Source: Alphaproteobacteria bacterium (lineage in GTDB: Bacteria > Pseudomonadota > Alphaproteobacteria > Paracaedibacterales > CAIOTO01). Taken from it: 64,000 bases of DNA. This document shows positions 9,541-18,543 of this stretch, piece after piece. Within the stretch, counting starts at the first letter, position 1; each line of letters begins with the position of its first letter. A program made the position numbers and the translations under genes. Below the pieces are notes generated by a model that did no database searches, was not told the DNA's origin, and saw only the letters and a list, made by a program, of their open reading frames with translations. The DNA is taken from NCBI GenBank assembly GCA_947490395.1, contig CANLGW010000001.1:3541-67540 (forward strand), in the 5' to 3' direction.

Positions 9541-10141
9541 TTATTTTTTTATAACTCGGTTCAACTAAATAGTAAGGTGAAAACTCAGAAGGTGAGACAA
9601 ACATAGCAGCGTCTACTAGTGCGCTGAGCAATATAATTGGATCATACAAAAATGCATTTGAAAAATAACCATTCAAATCAGGATCAACAATCATAAAATA
9701 GTCATGATACATCGCTTGAAAATCAGCAAATGCATCTGTTGCCAAAACGACAGGATTTTCCCCCTGCAATTGCACAAAAAAATCTCCCCGTTTTGAATCA
9801 ATGACAGCATAAGACTTAACAGGACGGTTATACAATAGTACATCAAAAAACGTTGGTGCATAACACATTGCATTGGGAAAGGCGAGGCTTAGTCCTTGAG
9901 CGGCCGCCAAAGTAACCCTTAGACTTGTAAAACTTCCAGGTCCTTTTGGCACATTAATACGTGACAATGGAGGCGATCCTGCTTTTTTCCATATGGATTG
10001 TATAAAAGGAATAAGCACAGATGCCTGCGTTCGATTATCAAGCAGCATGCACTCATAATAATGATGTTCAGGCGTTAAAAGTGCCACATAACATGTCGTG
10101 GATGATACAAAAAAAGAAAGATTAGCCATAAAATTAAACAC
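9524..10141 (-). CDS. tsaB: tRNA t6A37 biosynthesis protein TsaB (YeaZ)
   Basis: 205 aa. GPGSFTSLRVTLAAAQGLSLA is the conserved YeaZ/TsaB motif. The start may be the internal Met at 10129. Confidence 0.8.
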   Translation of the reverse strand: MFNFMANLSFFVSSTTCYVALLTPEHHYYECMLLDNRTQASVLIPFIQSIWKKAGSPPLSRINVPKGPGSFTSLRVTLAAAQGLSLAFPNAMCYAPTFFDVLLYNRPVKSYAVIDSKRGDFFVQLQGENPVVLATDAFADFQAMYHDYFMIVDPDLNGYFSNAFLYDPIILLSALVDAAMFVSPSEFSPYYLVEPSYKKINDSST

Positions 10142-10154
10142 GCTTCAAATCATA

Positions 10155-11627
10155 TTATTCTGTTTTTGGCAACTGCTGTAAAATGTCAGATGAACGCCTT
10201 GCCAATACAGGGTTCGTGGCTTTTTCACCTTTCTTCGCCTGTGCACGTGCCATTTCAACTTGTTTAAGTTGAAATGCCTCTTCAGCCAAACATGCAGCAG
10301 CATTTTCAGCGTGTCCCATTTTACCATAAGCAGAAGCAAAAAGACGCCAAGCAAAAGTGTTTTCAGGTCTTTGCTCTACAATCTTTGTTAGATGTTCCAC
10401 AGCTTCACGTAATTCTGTTGCATTTGGTGCATTTGCCATCGGTGATTCAATAAGCGCATGCGCTAACATCAAACGTGTACTATACGATTTTGGGCATTTT
10501 TGAACGGCCTCACGTAAATACGGCAATGACTCTGAAATTTGACCTGTCTCAAAACAAAACTGCCCTTTTAGCTCAAGAAAATAGGGATCATTTGGCGATT
10601 CCACGAGCAATGCATCAAGCTCTCTTAAAGCAATACGTGCGCTAACACTATTTTTCTTTTCATTATAATTAGCAATCAAACGAGCATACCTAGCGGGCAA
10701 TGTTTTATCTTTTAGTAGGTACTGCGTATATACGTCACTTCGTTTTTTCGTGAACCCAATAAGCTTTGCCTTAATACGTTGAAAACGTTTTTCATGCGCC
10801 TCTGGTATTTGAAGATTCGCCGCCTGTTGATTTTGGTAAAGACGTATTTTTTCTTTACGCTCTGACGACAAAGGGTGCGTTTGAATATAAGGATCCTCTT
10901 GTCCTGTCGTATAACTTTTCAAACGATCCAAGAAATCAGCAAGCCCAGAAACAGACCACCCCATTGCTGTCAAATAAGAAATTGCAGAGGCATCAGCTGA
11001 ATCTTCTTGCTCGCGGCTATGTTTTAAAATAGAACGCTCAAACACATGCGCGCCGCCTGCAAGGCCAGCCATCAATGGCCCTGGGTTCCCTGTTAAAAGT
11101 GACCCAGCTGCCCCAAGTAAAAGCGATGCAACCGCAGGCACGGAGGCGTCAGACATGATTGCTGATGATTTTGCCATATGTCCACCCGCAATATGCCCTG
11201 TTTCATGCGCAAGAACCCCTAATAATTCAAGAACATTCTTACATTTAACAATCAGCCCCGTATAGACAATAATAATGCCACCAAAGGTCGCTCCCGCATT
11301 CACTTCATTGCTTTTCAATAAAAATACACGGGGGGGAATTGAGATACCTGCCACCTTAAAAAAATCCTGCAACCATCCTTCAAGCGCTGTTTCAATTTCA
11401 TCATCTGTAATAAATTGAGGGGGCTCCTCTGTACGTACACCATCAAGGGTACTCATCGTGAGTAAAAGACAACATATACACAATGCTCTTTTGAGCAATG
11501 TAAGAACAAGAAAAATTCTATGATAAACATCACCAACACGTGTGCCCATGACTAGTCGAAATTGCCTCATGTTACCTTCCAAAACTATCTCAAAATCATC
11601 TAAAGATTTGTACAAAATAAGTAACAC
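10155..11627 (-). CDS. M48-family zinc metalloprotease with C-terminal TPR repeats (BepA/YfgC-like)
   Basis: 490 aa. HExxH is present as HETGHIAGGH, and the C-terminal half is TPR-like and helical. The true start is probably an internal Met such as 11570, which gives a signal-like N-terminus. Confidence 0.8.
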   Translation of the reverse strand: MLLILYKSLDDFEIVLEGNMRQFRLVMGTRVGDVYHRIFLVLTLLKRALCICCLLLTMSTLDGVRTEEPPQFITDDEIETALEGWLQDFFKVAGISIPPRVFLLKSNEVNAGATFGGIIIVYTGLIVKCKNVLELLGVLAHETGHIAGGHMAKSSAIMSDASVPAVASLLLGAAGSLLTGNPGPLMAGLAGGAHVFERSILKHSREQEDSADASAISYLTAMGWSVSGLADFLDRLKSYTTGQEDPYIQTHPLSSERKEKIRLYQNQQAANLQIPEAHEKRFQRIKAKLIGFTKKRSDVYTQYLLKDKTLPARYARLIANYNEKKNSVSARIALRELDALLVESPNDPYFLELKGQFCFETGQISESLPYLREAVQKCPKSYSTRLMLAHALIESPMANAPNATELREAVEHLTKIVEQRPENTFAWRLFASAYGKMGHAENAAACLAEEAFQLKQVEMARAQAKKGEKATNPVLARRSSDILQQLPKTE

Positions 11628-11641
11628 AATTATCTTTTCTT

Positions 11642-11724
11642 CGTCGTCATGGAGAGCCCAGAGGGCGTGGCCATCCAGAAAACAACCCTAGATCACCCTG
11701 CCATTGGCAGCTCGTGACGACGGC
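11642..11724. repeat. Family-B GC-rich nested palindromic element, short copy (B1)
   Basis: The sequence is cgtcgtcatggagagcc-cagagggcgtggccatccagaaaa...ctagatcaccc-tgccattggcag-ctcgtgacgacgg. The ends are inverted repeats, and inner hairpins are gccc/gggc and ctgcc/ggcag. It is collinear with the copies at 41.8 kb and 53.1 kb. Confidence 0.8.
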
Positions 11725-11765
11725 AGGTATGAATCATATAATTTATTTTTGCACAATTCCTAAGA

Positions 11766-14360
11766 CTAAACATCCAGCAAACGACGTATCCAACTCTTTG
11801 ACTTTTTGCCTTGTCCTTCAGCACCCGACTCTTGCCCTGATGAACTCTCTTTTTTAGGCTCACGTGGGACACGATTATGTACCGGCTTTGGTGATTGAAC
11901 GCCATCTCGCTTCATCGGGACAACGTCCAATGATGATGCCTTAGTAGCACCCGAAGGTGGCACACCTTGTTCAGCTGCTATTTTTATAGGCCGCTCAACA
12001 ATAGATGATGTGTCATTATTTCCTGATTGACTATTATCCCTTGCATGTTGACGCCGTTGATAGGGATGCCTTCGTCTACGATTTGGATTTCGATTTTCAA
12101 CATGATGTTCAGTGCGTGCTCCACCAATTGATTCAACAACAGGAGTTGCATCTTTTTCATTATCAATCGGTTCAGCAATGATAGTAACCGCATCACTAGA
12201 TTCAATAACATCACCATTCTCTGAGAGTACTGGCAAACGATTATCACGCCCTCCACGACGATTTGGACGACGACGACGCCCATGACGTTTTTCTTGATGA
12301 GGATTTTGTAGTACAACCGCATCATCTACAGATTCGTGAGCACCCTCAGATACAATATCATCCAATAAATCAGAATCAAAACTTGGCAAGACACTGTGTG
12401 TATCATGCTCAGCAATTCTCAACGCTTTTGGGCGATCAGACAAAACCGTCAAACGAAAACTAGGCGACAAAAGCGTATGACCACGTTCAATTGTCACACG
12501 CACACCAAAACGTGTTTCAATTTGAACAAGCGTGGAACGCTTCTGATTCAACAAAAACAAATCAATACCATCAGGCACAGCAACTAAGATATCATAAGCT
12601 GTCCCCAAAATCGCGATACGTTCAATATCACGCAATATTTGAAGTGCCATTGAATCAACCGAACGAATAAGCCCACTCCCCTTACAATGTCCACACGTAA
12701 TTGAATGACTTTCAAGTAAACTTGGACGAAGACGCTGACGCGAGAATTCAAGCAATCCAAATTGACTAATACGACCTACTTGAATACGCGCACGATCCGT
12801 TTTTAAGGCGTCACGCATTTTACGTTCAACCTGTGCAATATGTGCGTTATCATGCATATCAATAAAATCAACGACAATCAAACCACCAATATCACGTAAC
12901 CGTAATTGACGGGAAATTTCAGTAGCCGCCTCAAGGTTTGTTTTAAGCGCTGTATCGTCAATATTTCGCTCACGCGTTGATTTACCCGAATTCACATCAA
13001 TAGCAATCAACGCTTCTGTATGGTTAATCACAATTGATCCACCAGACGGCAATGACACAGCAGGCTCATGCATTTTTTCAATTTGCTCTTCAACATGAAA
13101 ACGATGAAAAATAGGCTGCAAAAGATCCTTATATAATTTGACTTTTTTTACATGACTTGGAATGAGGCTTTTCATGAAAGCTCTAGCTGCTTTATGCGCG
13201 TCATCCCCTTCAACTAAAATTTCCTCAATATCACGATCATACACATCACGTATCGCACGCTGAACAAGATCACCTTCCGCATAAACAAGTTCTGGTGCGA
13301 TGGAATTAATTGTCTTTTCACGAATATCATCCCACACACGCAAAAGATATTCATAATCACGGCGAATTTCTGATTTATTACGTTCTTGACCCGCTGTTCG
13401 CACAATAAGTGACATACCATCTGGAATTTCAAATTCCTTCATCAAATCACGAAGACGACGACGATCCTCATTGTCATTAATTTTACGTGAAACACCCCCC
13501 GCACGATGACCTGCATTCGGCATAAGAACACAATAACGACCAGGTAATGATAAATACGTTGTCAATGCAGCGCCTTTATTACCACGCTCTTCTTTTACAA
13601 CTTGTACCAATAAAATTTGACGACGCTTAATAACTTCTTGGATTTTATAGCGAAATCTCAGACGGTTTTTCCCCGTTTTAGTATTATCAGGCTGTTCAGA
13701 TACATTATCCAGATGCTCAGACATGTCATTACTCAGATCATCAGCAAATGGCACCAAAACATCACGTTCATTCATATCACCTAAGACCAATGGCTCAACA
13801 AGCTGTGCAGCGACCATTAACGAATCTTCCGACATCGCATCCATAGATACGATGTCGATTAATTCTGATTTTTTTTCATCAATAGATGCAAGAGCCGCTT
13901 CAGCCTTATAGACTTTTCGTTTACGCGATTTTATGACCTTTTCTTCCGTTTCAGGAATCGCTTCAGGAACAACAACAGACGCATCCTGATTAAGACCAGG
14001 TGTTACGTCCAATCCTTCAGACCCCCCATCAACAGCTGTGTCACGATCATTCAACGTACTGTCATTAGCCATATCAGCAGCAAGGCTTTGCTCTAATTCA
14101 TGTCGATCAGCAACTGGAATACGATAATAATCGGGATGAATTTCCGCAAACGGTAAAAACCCGTGACGACCACCATTATATTCAACAAAAGCAGCCTGTA
14201 AAGACGGCTCAACACGAATAACTTTAGCTAGATAAATATTGCTTTTAATTTGCCGTTTATTGGCTGTCTCTGAATCAAATTCTTCCAGCAGACTGCCATT
14301 AACAACGGCGATACGCACCTCTTCATTGTGGGTGGCATCGATAAGTAGACGCTTAACCAT
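11766..14360 (-). CDS. rne: Ribonuclease E
   Basis: 864 aa. The N-terminal S1/catalytic domain (MVKRLLIDATHNEEVRIAVV...) includes an acidic insertion, and the C-terminal half is Arg-rich and low-complexity. Confidence 0.9.
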   Translation of the reverse strand: MVKRLLIDATHNEEVRIAVVNGSLLEEFDSETANKRQIKSNIYLAKVIRVEPSLQAAFVEYNGGRHGFLPFAEIHPDYYRIPVADRHELEQSLAADMANDSTLNDRDTAVDGGSEGLDVTPGLNQDASVVVPEAIPETEEKVIKSRKRKVYKAEAALASIDEKKSELIDIVSMDAMSEDSLMVAAQLVEPLVLGDMNERDVLVPFADDLSNDMSEHLDNVSEQPDNTKTGKNRLRFRYKIQEVIKRRQILLVQVVKEERGNKGAALTTYLSLPGRYCVLMPNAGHRAGGVSRKINDNEDRRRLRDLMKEFEIPDGMSLIVRTAGQERNKSEIRRDYEYLLRVWDDIREKTINSIAPELVYAEGDLVQRAIRDVYDRDIEEILVEGDDAHKAARAFMKSLIPSHVKKVKLYKDLLQPIFHRFHVEEQIEKMHEPAVSLPSGGSIVINHTEALIAIDVNSGKSTRERNIDDTALKTNLEAATEISRQLRLRDIGGLIVVDFIDMHDNAHIAQVERKMRDALKTDRARIQVGRISQFGLLEFSRQRLRPSLLESHSITCGHCKGSGLIRSVDSMALQILRDIERIAILGTAYDILVAVPDGIDLFLLNQKRSTLVQIETRFGVRVTIERGHTLLSPSFRLTVLSDRPKALRIAEHDTHSVLPSFDSDLLDDIVSEGAHESVDDAVVLQNPHQEKRHGRRRRPNRRGGRDNRLPVLSENGDVIESSDAVTIIAEPIDNEKDATPVVESIGGARTEHHVENRNPNRRRRHPYQRRQHARDNSQSGNNDTSSIVERPIKIAAEQGVPPSGATKASSLDVVPMKRDGVQSPKPVHNRVPREPKKESSSGQESGAEGQGKKSKSWIRRLLDV

Positions 14361-14831
14361 TGATTTAATAACTCCCTAAACGCAAAGGTGAAGCACTCTA
14401 TTCTGTAGCTTTTCATTTCATCTGAAATCATGTGCTCAACAATGCCTTTACGTTAAAATATATGTAATACTCTTGTTAATTTTAAGAACGTAACCTCTAC
14501 AAAAACGACCACAAAAGATCATCACGACACGTGGCGTTTCAAAGTTACTAAAAATTCCTACCCCCCAACTGTAATCGAATTGTGTCAGCGTTTCAATTCA
14601 AACCTCACAAAAAATGATTTAAATCTTGATTTTTTTTGTTTTTATGGTTTCTATATCCATCACGAATCAAAATGTTGAATTTATACGCCTGACTTTTTGT
14701 TCAAAAAACAAACATTTAAAACCGCGTTTAGTTACGCTAATCAAGGCTTTTAAAGGTGAAATTTAGTGGGCAAAAAATGGGCTTAAAAATCAATAGATTG
14801 CTTTGAAATGGGTATACATACGGGTTAATAC

Positions 14832-14857
14832 AAAAAAACCCAGACAACAGCCTGGGT
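14832..14857 (-). terminator. Rho-independent terminator downstream of surA
   Basis: The minus strand reads acccag-gctgttgt-ctgggt followed by T7, starting 26 nt after the surA stop. Confidence 0.8.
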
Positions 14858-14882
14858 TCGCTATAGTACCATATGTGTTTTA

Positions 14883-16160
14883 TTAACGCGGCGCTCTATG
14901 CCTGATTGTCGCTTGCGATTTCCATCGATTAAACTGCGTAATCGCCATTTCTTGCACCCGTCGTTCTTTAAGCATCATCCTAATTTCTTCGTCAGATGGT
15001 AATTTCTTTTTTTCTGGTGCCTTTTGCTCACACAACATAAACACACGAAGATCTGTTTCACTCAACCGAATTGGCTCTGTCGCCTTTCCTTTTGGTGTTG
15101 CTGCAAACAACTTTCGAATCCCATCAGGAACACCTGCCACAGGCACATCATTCATTTCGTCGATTTGAATATGAGCTACTGTCGCGTGTGTTTTTAGCAC
15201 CTTACATCCCGTTGCTGTTTTTGCTTGTTCCAAAAACTGCCCTAAACGATTTTGATCTTCTTCCTTTAAATTTTCAGATAATTCAATTTTAACATCAAGA
15301 TAGCTTATTTTTGCTTCGCTATCGGCCGCCTGGCCTGGAGTTTTATGATCTTTAACATAATAAATCGTGTAACGTCCGCTTCGTAAAACAGGTTCACTAT
15401 ACTGACCAACCTTCAGTCTTTTCGTTTCTTCAGGCATTTGCTCTTCTGTAAACCAGCCAACTAAACCACCTTGCGCCCCTGATGGTGCATGGGAAAAATT
15501 TCGTGCAAGCGCAGGAAAAGGAGCCCCTTCTTTTAGTTGCTTATATAAACTATTAATTTCAGACGTCACATGTTTTTGATTTTCAGGCTTATCAATAAAT
15601 AAAACAATTTCAGCAAGCTCAAACTGCTCTTTTTTATCATTTTCTTCCATTTTCTTTTTTTCATTACTCACATCAACTTCCGAAATAGTCGTATGCGCCC
15701 CAATAGCTTGGCGAACTGAACGTATCCACAATAAATTGGATTCAACACGTTCACGCAATGTCCGAATATCGACTCCTTTACTTTGAAAAAGCTTTTTAAG
15801 GTCTTCGCTATCCATATTATTTTCTTTAGCAATCCCATTAATTGCACCATCAACTTCAGCTGCACTCACAACAGTCTTAAGTTGTTTTGCAATTAAACGC
15901 TGTAATTTCTCCTGAATAAGCGCATCTTTAACCTGATCTATAATTTCAGGCGTCACTTTATGTTCACCCTCACCAGCTGACAGCATAACCAACGCTACAC
16001 GTTTATTAATATCTTCATTTGTAATTGGCTCACTATTAACCTCAACAACAATAGAAACAGCTGGCTTCTTATTATCTAGCGCCAAAGCGTAAACCAACGC
16101 ATTCGCCGTTAATAGCAGACAAATAGCAACAGATAAAATATTTTTTTTAAGCATGAACAT
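14883..16160 (-). CDS. surA: Periplasmic chaperone / peptidyl-prolyl isomerase SurA-like
   Basis: 425 aa with a signal peptide, a SurA N-domain-like helical region and a parvulin-like segment (GGLVGWFTEEQMPEE). It is divergent from lptFG-lptD. Confidence 0.7.
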   Translation of the reverse strand: MFMLKKNILSVAICLLLTANALVYALALDNKKPAVSIVVEVNSEPITNEDINKRVALVMLSAGEGEHKVTPEIIDQVKDALIQEKLQRLIAKQLKTVVSAAEVDGAINGIAKENNMDSEDLKKLFQSKGVDIRTLRERVESNLLWIRSVRQAIGAHTTISEVDVSNEKKKMEENDKKEQFELAEIVLFIDKPENQKHVTSEINSLYKQLKEGAPFPALARNFSHAPSGAQGGLVGWFTEEQMPEETKRLKVGQYSEPVLRSGRYTIYYVKDHKTPGQAADSEAKISYLDVKIELSENLKEEDQNRLGQFLEQAKTATGCKVLKTHATVAHIQIDEMNDVPVAGVPDGIRKLFAATPKGKATEPIRLSETDLRVFMLCEQKAPEKKKLPSDEEIRMMLKERRVQEMAITQFNRWKSQATIRHRAPR

Positions 16161-16295
16161 AAGTTTCCTTATATAATGTGTTTATATACGATAGGTTAAC
16201 TGTAACGAAAACATTAACGTTATGTTAACACAAACCATTTGACAATTTACATATCAGATATATAAACGCTTTTTTGAGATTTTGCCACGTTTAAG

Positions 16296-17420
16296 ATGAC
16301 CTTACTTTTTCAATATACCTTTAAAAAATTTTTTCTTGTAAGTTTTATACTTACAGTTTTGATTATATTTACGCTTTGGCTTGCCCAATCATTGCGTTTT
16401 ATGGACTTAATTGTCAATAATCGTGTATCTATTGGTGCCTATTTTTCATTAGTTGTTTATTTACTACCCGATCTATTTGTCATTATTAGCCCTATTGCTT
16501 TTGCTATTGCCAGTCTTTTTTGCTTTCATCGTTTAATGATCAGCCATGAACTTGCCGCTTTTCGGTCACTTGGCATCAGCAATCTTAGACTTTCATTTCC
16601 TGTTCTAACACTTGCAAGTGGCCTCTTTCTTTTTCTTGGTTTTCTTAACATGATTGTCGTTCCTGCATCCTTTCAAAAATTCCGTGAACAACAACATCTT
16701 ATGCGAAGCTCTCTGTCCAGCGCCCTTCTACGTGAAGGCTCGTTTAATACAGCAAAAGGATTCACCCTTTATATTCGTGAACATAACGATGAAGATGAAC
16801 TTAATGGCATCTTTATTTTCCAACCTGCTAAAAATAATTTACCATCATACACAACACTAGCCGAGACAGGACGTGTTTATAAAAGCGGCGAACGTATCCT
16901 TATTTTACTAAAAAAAGGGCAACGTCAAGAATACAACCCAACCACCCATACATCTAGTTATTTTTCATTTGATGAATTTGTTTACGACTTAACCGAAGAT
17001 TTTTCAAATCCACAGACACGCCCCGAAAAAGCATACGAAAAATCACTCAAACAGCTTCTTAATCCCGATGCAAATATACTCGATGACATGAAGCGACGTT
17101 TTAAAGCCGAAGCCCACCAACGTATCCTTCTTCCATTTCTATGCCTCCTTGATGCGCTTTTAATTGCAGGCATTTTACTCTCTGGGGAATTAGGCCGTCG
17201 TTATAATCGCAAAAAAATTGTATGTGCAGCTGGCAGTGTCCTATTCATACACCTTATCATGATGGGATTAATCCAAACAAGCATACGCATTGAAGCATCA
17301 CTCTATATTGCTTATTCATTGATGTTAATAGGAATTGTTGGCAGCTTTTGGTATTTATCAAGAGATTTCTGGTCATGCTATGGAAAAAAGTTGTCCCTAC
17401 AAAAGCAATGGGAACGTTAA
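16296..17420 (+). CDS. lptF: LPS export ABC permease LptF
   Basis: 374-aa YjgP/YjgQ-family permease. It is first of a tandem pair and is followed by lptD. Confidence 0.85.
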   Translation: MTLLFQYTFKKFFLVSFILTVLIIFTLWLAQSLRFMDLIVNNRVSIGAYFSLVVYLLPDLFVIISPIAFAIASLFCFHRLMISHELAAFRSLGISNLRLSFPVLTLASGLFLFLGFLNMIVVPASFQKFREQQHLMRSSLSSALLREGSFNTAKGFTLYIREHNDEDELNGIFIFQPAKNNLPSYTTLAETGRVYKSGERILILLKKGQRQEYNPTTHTSSYFSFDEFVYDLTEDFSNPQTRPEKAYEKSLKQLLNPDANILDDMKRRFKAEAHQRILLPFLCLLDALLIAGILLSGELGRRYNRKKIVCAAGSVLFIHLIMMGLIQTSIRIEASLYIAYSLMLIGIVGSFWYLSRDFWSCYGKKLSLQKQWER

Positions 17421-17423
17421 AAT

Positions 17424-18542
17424 ATGCATACAATCTCTCCGCTTCGTTATATTAAAAGTGCTGCCAATCTATACATCTCAAAAAATGTGCTGCTTTGGTT
17501 ATTTATTGTATCGTTATCATTAATGGTCATTATTGGACTCTTCGATGCGCTTGAAACATTAAGGCGTGTCATGGCAATTCCAGAAGCCACCCTTAGCTTT
17601 GTTTTAGAACTTACTTTATTACGTCTCCCACAGCATATCCTTGAACTTTTACCATTTATTACTTTCTTAGCAAGTCTTATTGCTTTGTGGCGATTAAATC
17701 AAATGCAAGAAATCACTGCGCTTAGAGCAACAGGTGTTTCAGGTGGGCAACTTGCCCTTGGTATCTTTATAACCGCTATTATCATTGGTACGGCAAGTGT
17801 CTTTCTGCTCAACCCCATAGCCGCTGTGATGAATACACGCCATACAACACTTGAAGAACGTGTGCTTAAACGCAATCATCAGCGCCTATCCATTTCATCA
17901 ACTGGTTTTTGGCTTAAAGAAACAGAAGGAACCTCTAAAACAATTTTTCACGCCGAAGCTTTTTCGTTAAACGATCGCACGTTCAAGCAAGTAACTTTTT
18001 ATGAATTTGATCTAAATGACCATTTTCTAAAACGTGTTGATGCCGTTAATGCGAAGTTACTTGATGGACAATGGTTGCTAACAAATGCACGTGAGTGGAA
18101 TGAAGGCATTACTCTTAAAACATATGACGCGCTTCATCGTCCAACAGCACTTACCTTGGAAAAAATTCAACGCAGTACAATTCAACCACACCAAATGCCA
18201 TTTTGGCGTATCCCTGCTTTTATTCGTCAGCTTCAAAAAAATGGAATGTCATCCCTAACGTATGAAGTTTATTGGCATCGTTTATGGGCAGGCATTGTTT
18301 TGCTGGGTGTGATGGCTGTTCTAGCTGTTGGTTTTTGTTTACCAAACCCGCGTCATCATGCAACAGGGAGGCTTATTGGTATAGCACTTATTTCTGGCTT
18401 TACGATTCATTTCTTCAATAATATTATCCAAGCTTTTGGTCAAGCCGATCGCCTACCTGCTTTTTTTTCTGCCTGGATTCCACCCATTATTACAGGCCTT
18501 TTAGGCATTGGTTACCTCATGCATGCGGAGGAAAGTGCGTAA
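17424..18542 (+). CDS. lptG: LPS export ABC permease LptG
   Basis: 372-aa YjgP/YjgQ-family permease, second of the pair, 3 nt after lptF. Confidence 0.85.
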   Translation: MHTISPLRYIKSAANLYISKNVLLWLFIVSLSLMVIIGLFDALETLRRVMAIPEATLSFVLELTLLRLPQHILELLPFITFLASLIALWRLNQMQEITALRATGVSGGQLALGIFITAIIIGTASVFLLNPIAAVMNTRHTTLEERVLKRNHQRLSISSTGFWLKETEGTSKTIFHAEAFSLNDRTFKQVTFYEFDLNDHFLKRVDAVNAKLLDGQWLLTNAREWNEGITLKTYDALHRPTALTLEKIQRSTIQPHQMPFWRIPAFIRQLQKNGMSSLTYEVYWHRLWAGIVLLGVMAVLAVGFCLPNPRHHATGRLIGIALISGFTIHFFNNIIQAFGQADRLPAFFSAWIPPIITGLLGIGYLMHAEESA

Positions 18543-18543
18543 T

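Noticed and set aside
18524-18540. gcggaggaaagtgcg, which resembles the RNase P RNA GAGGAAAG motif.
   Set aside because: It lies inside the 3' end of lptG with no surrounding RNase P structure, so it is coincidental.
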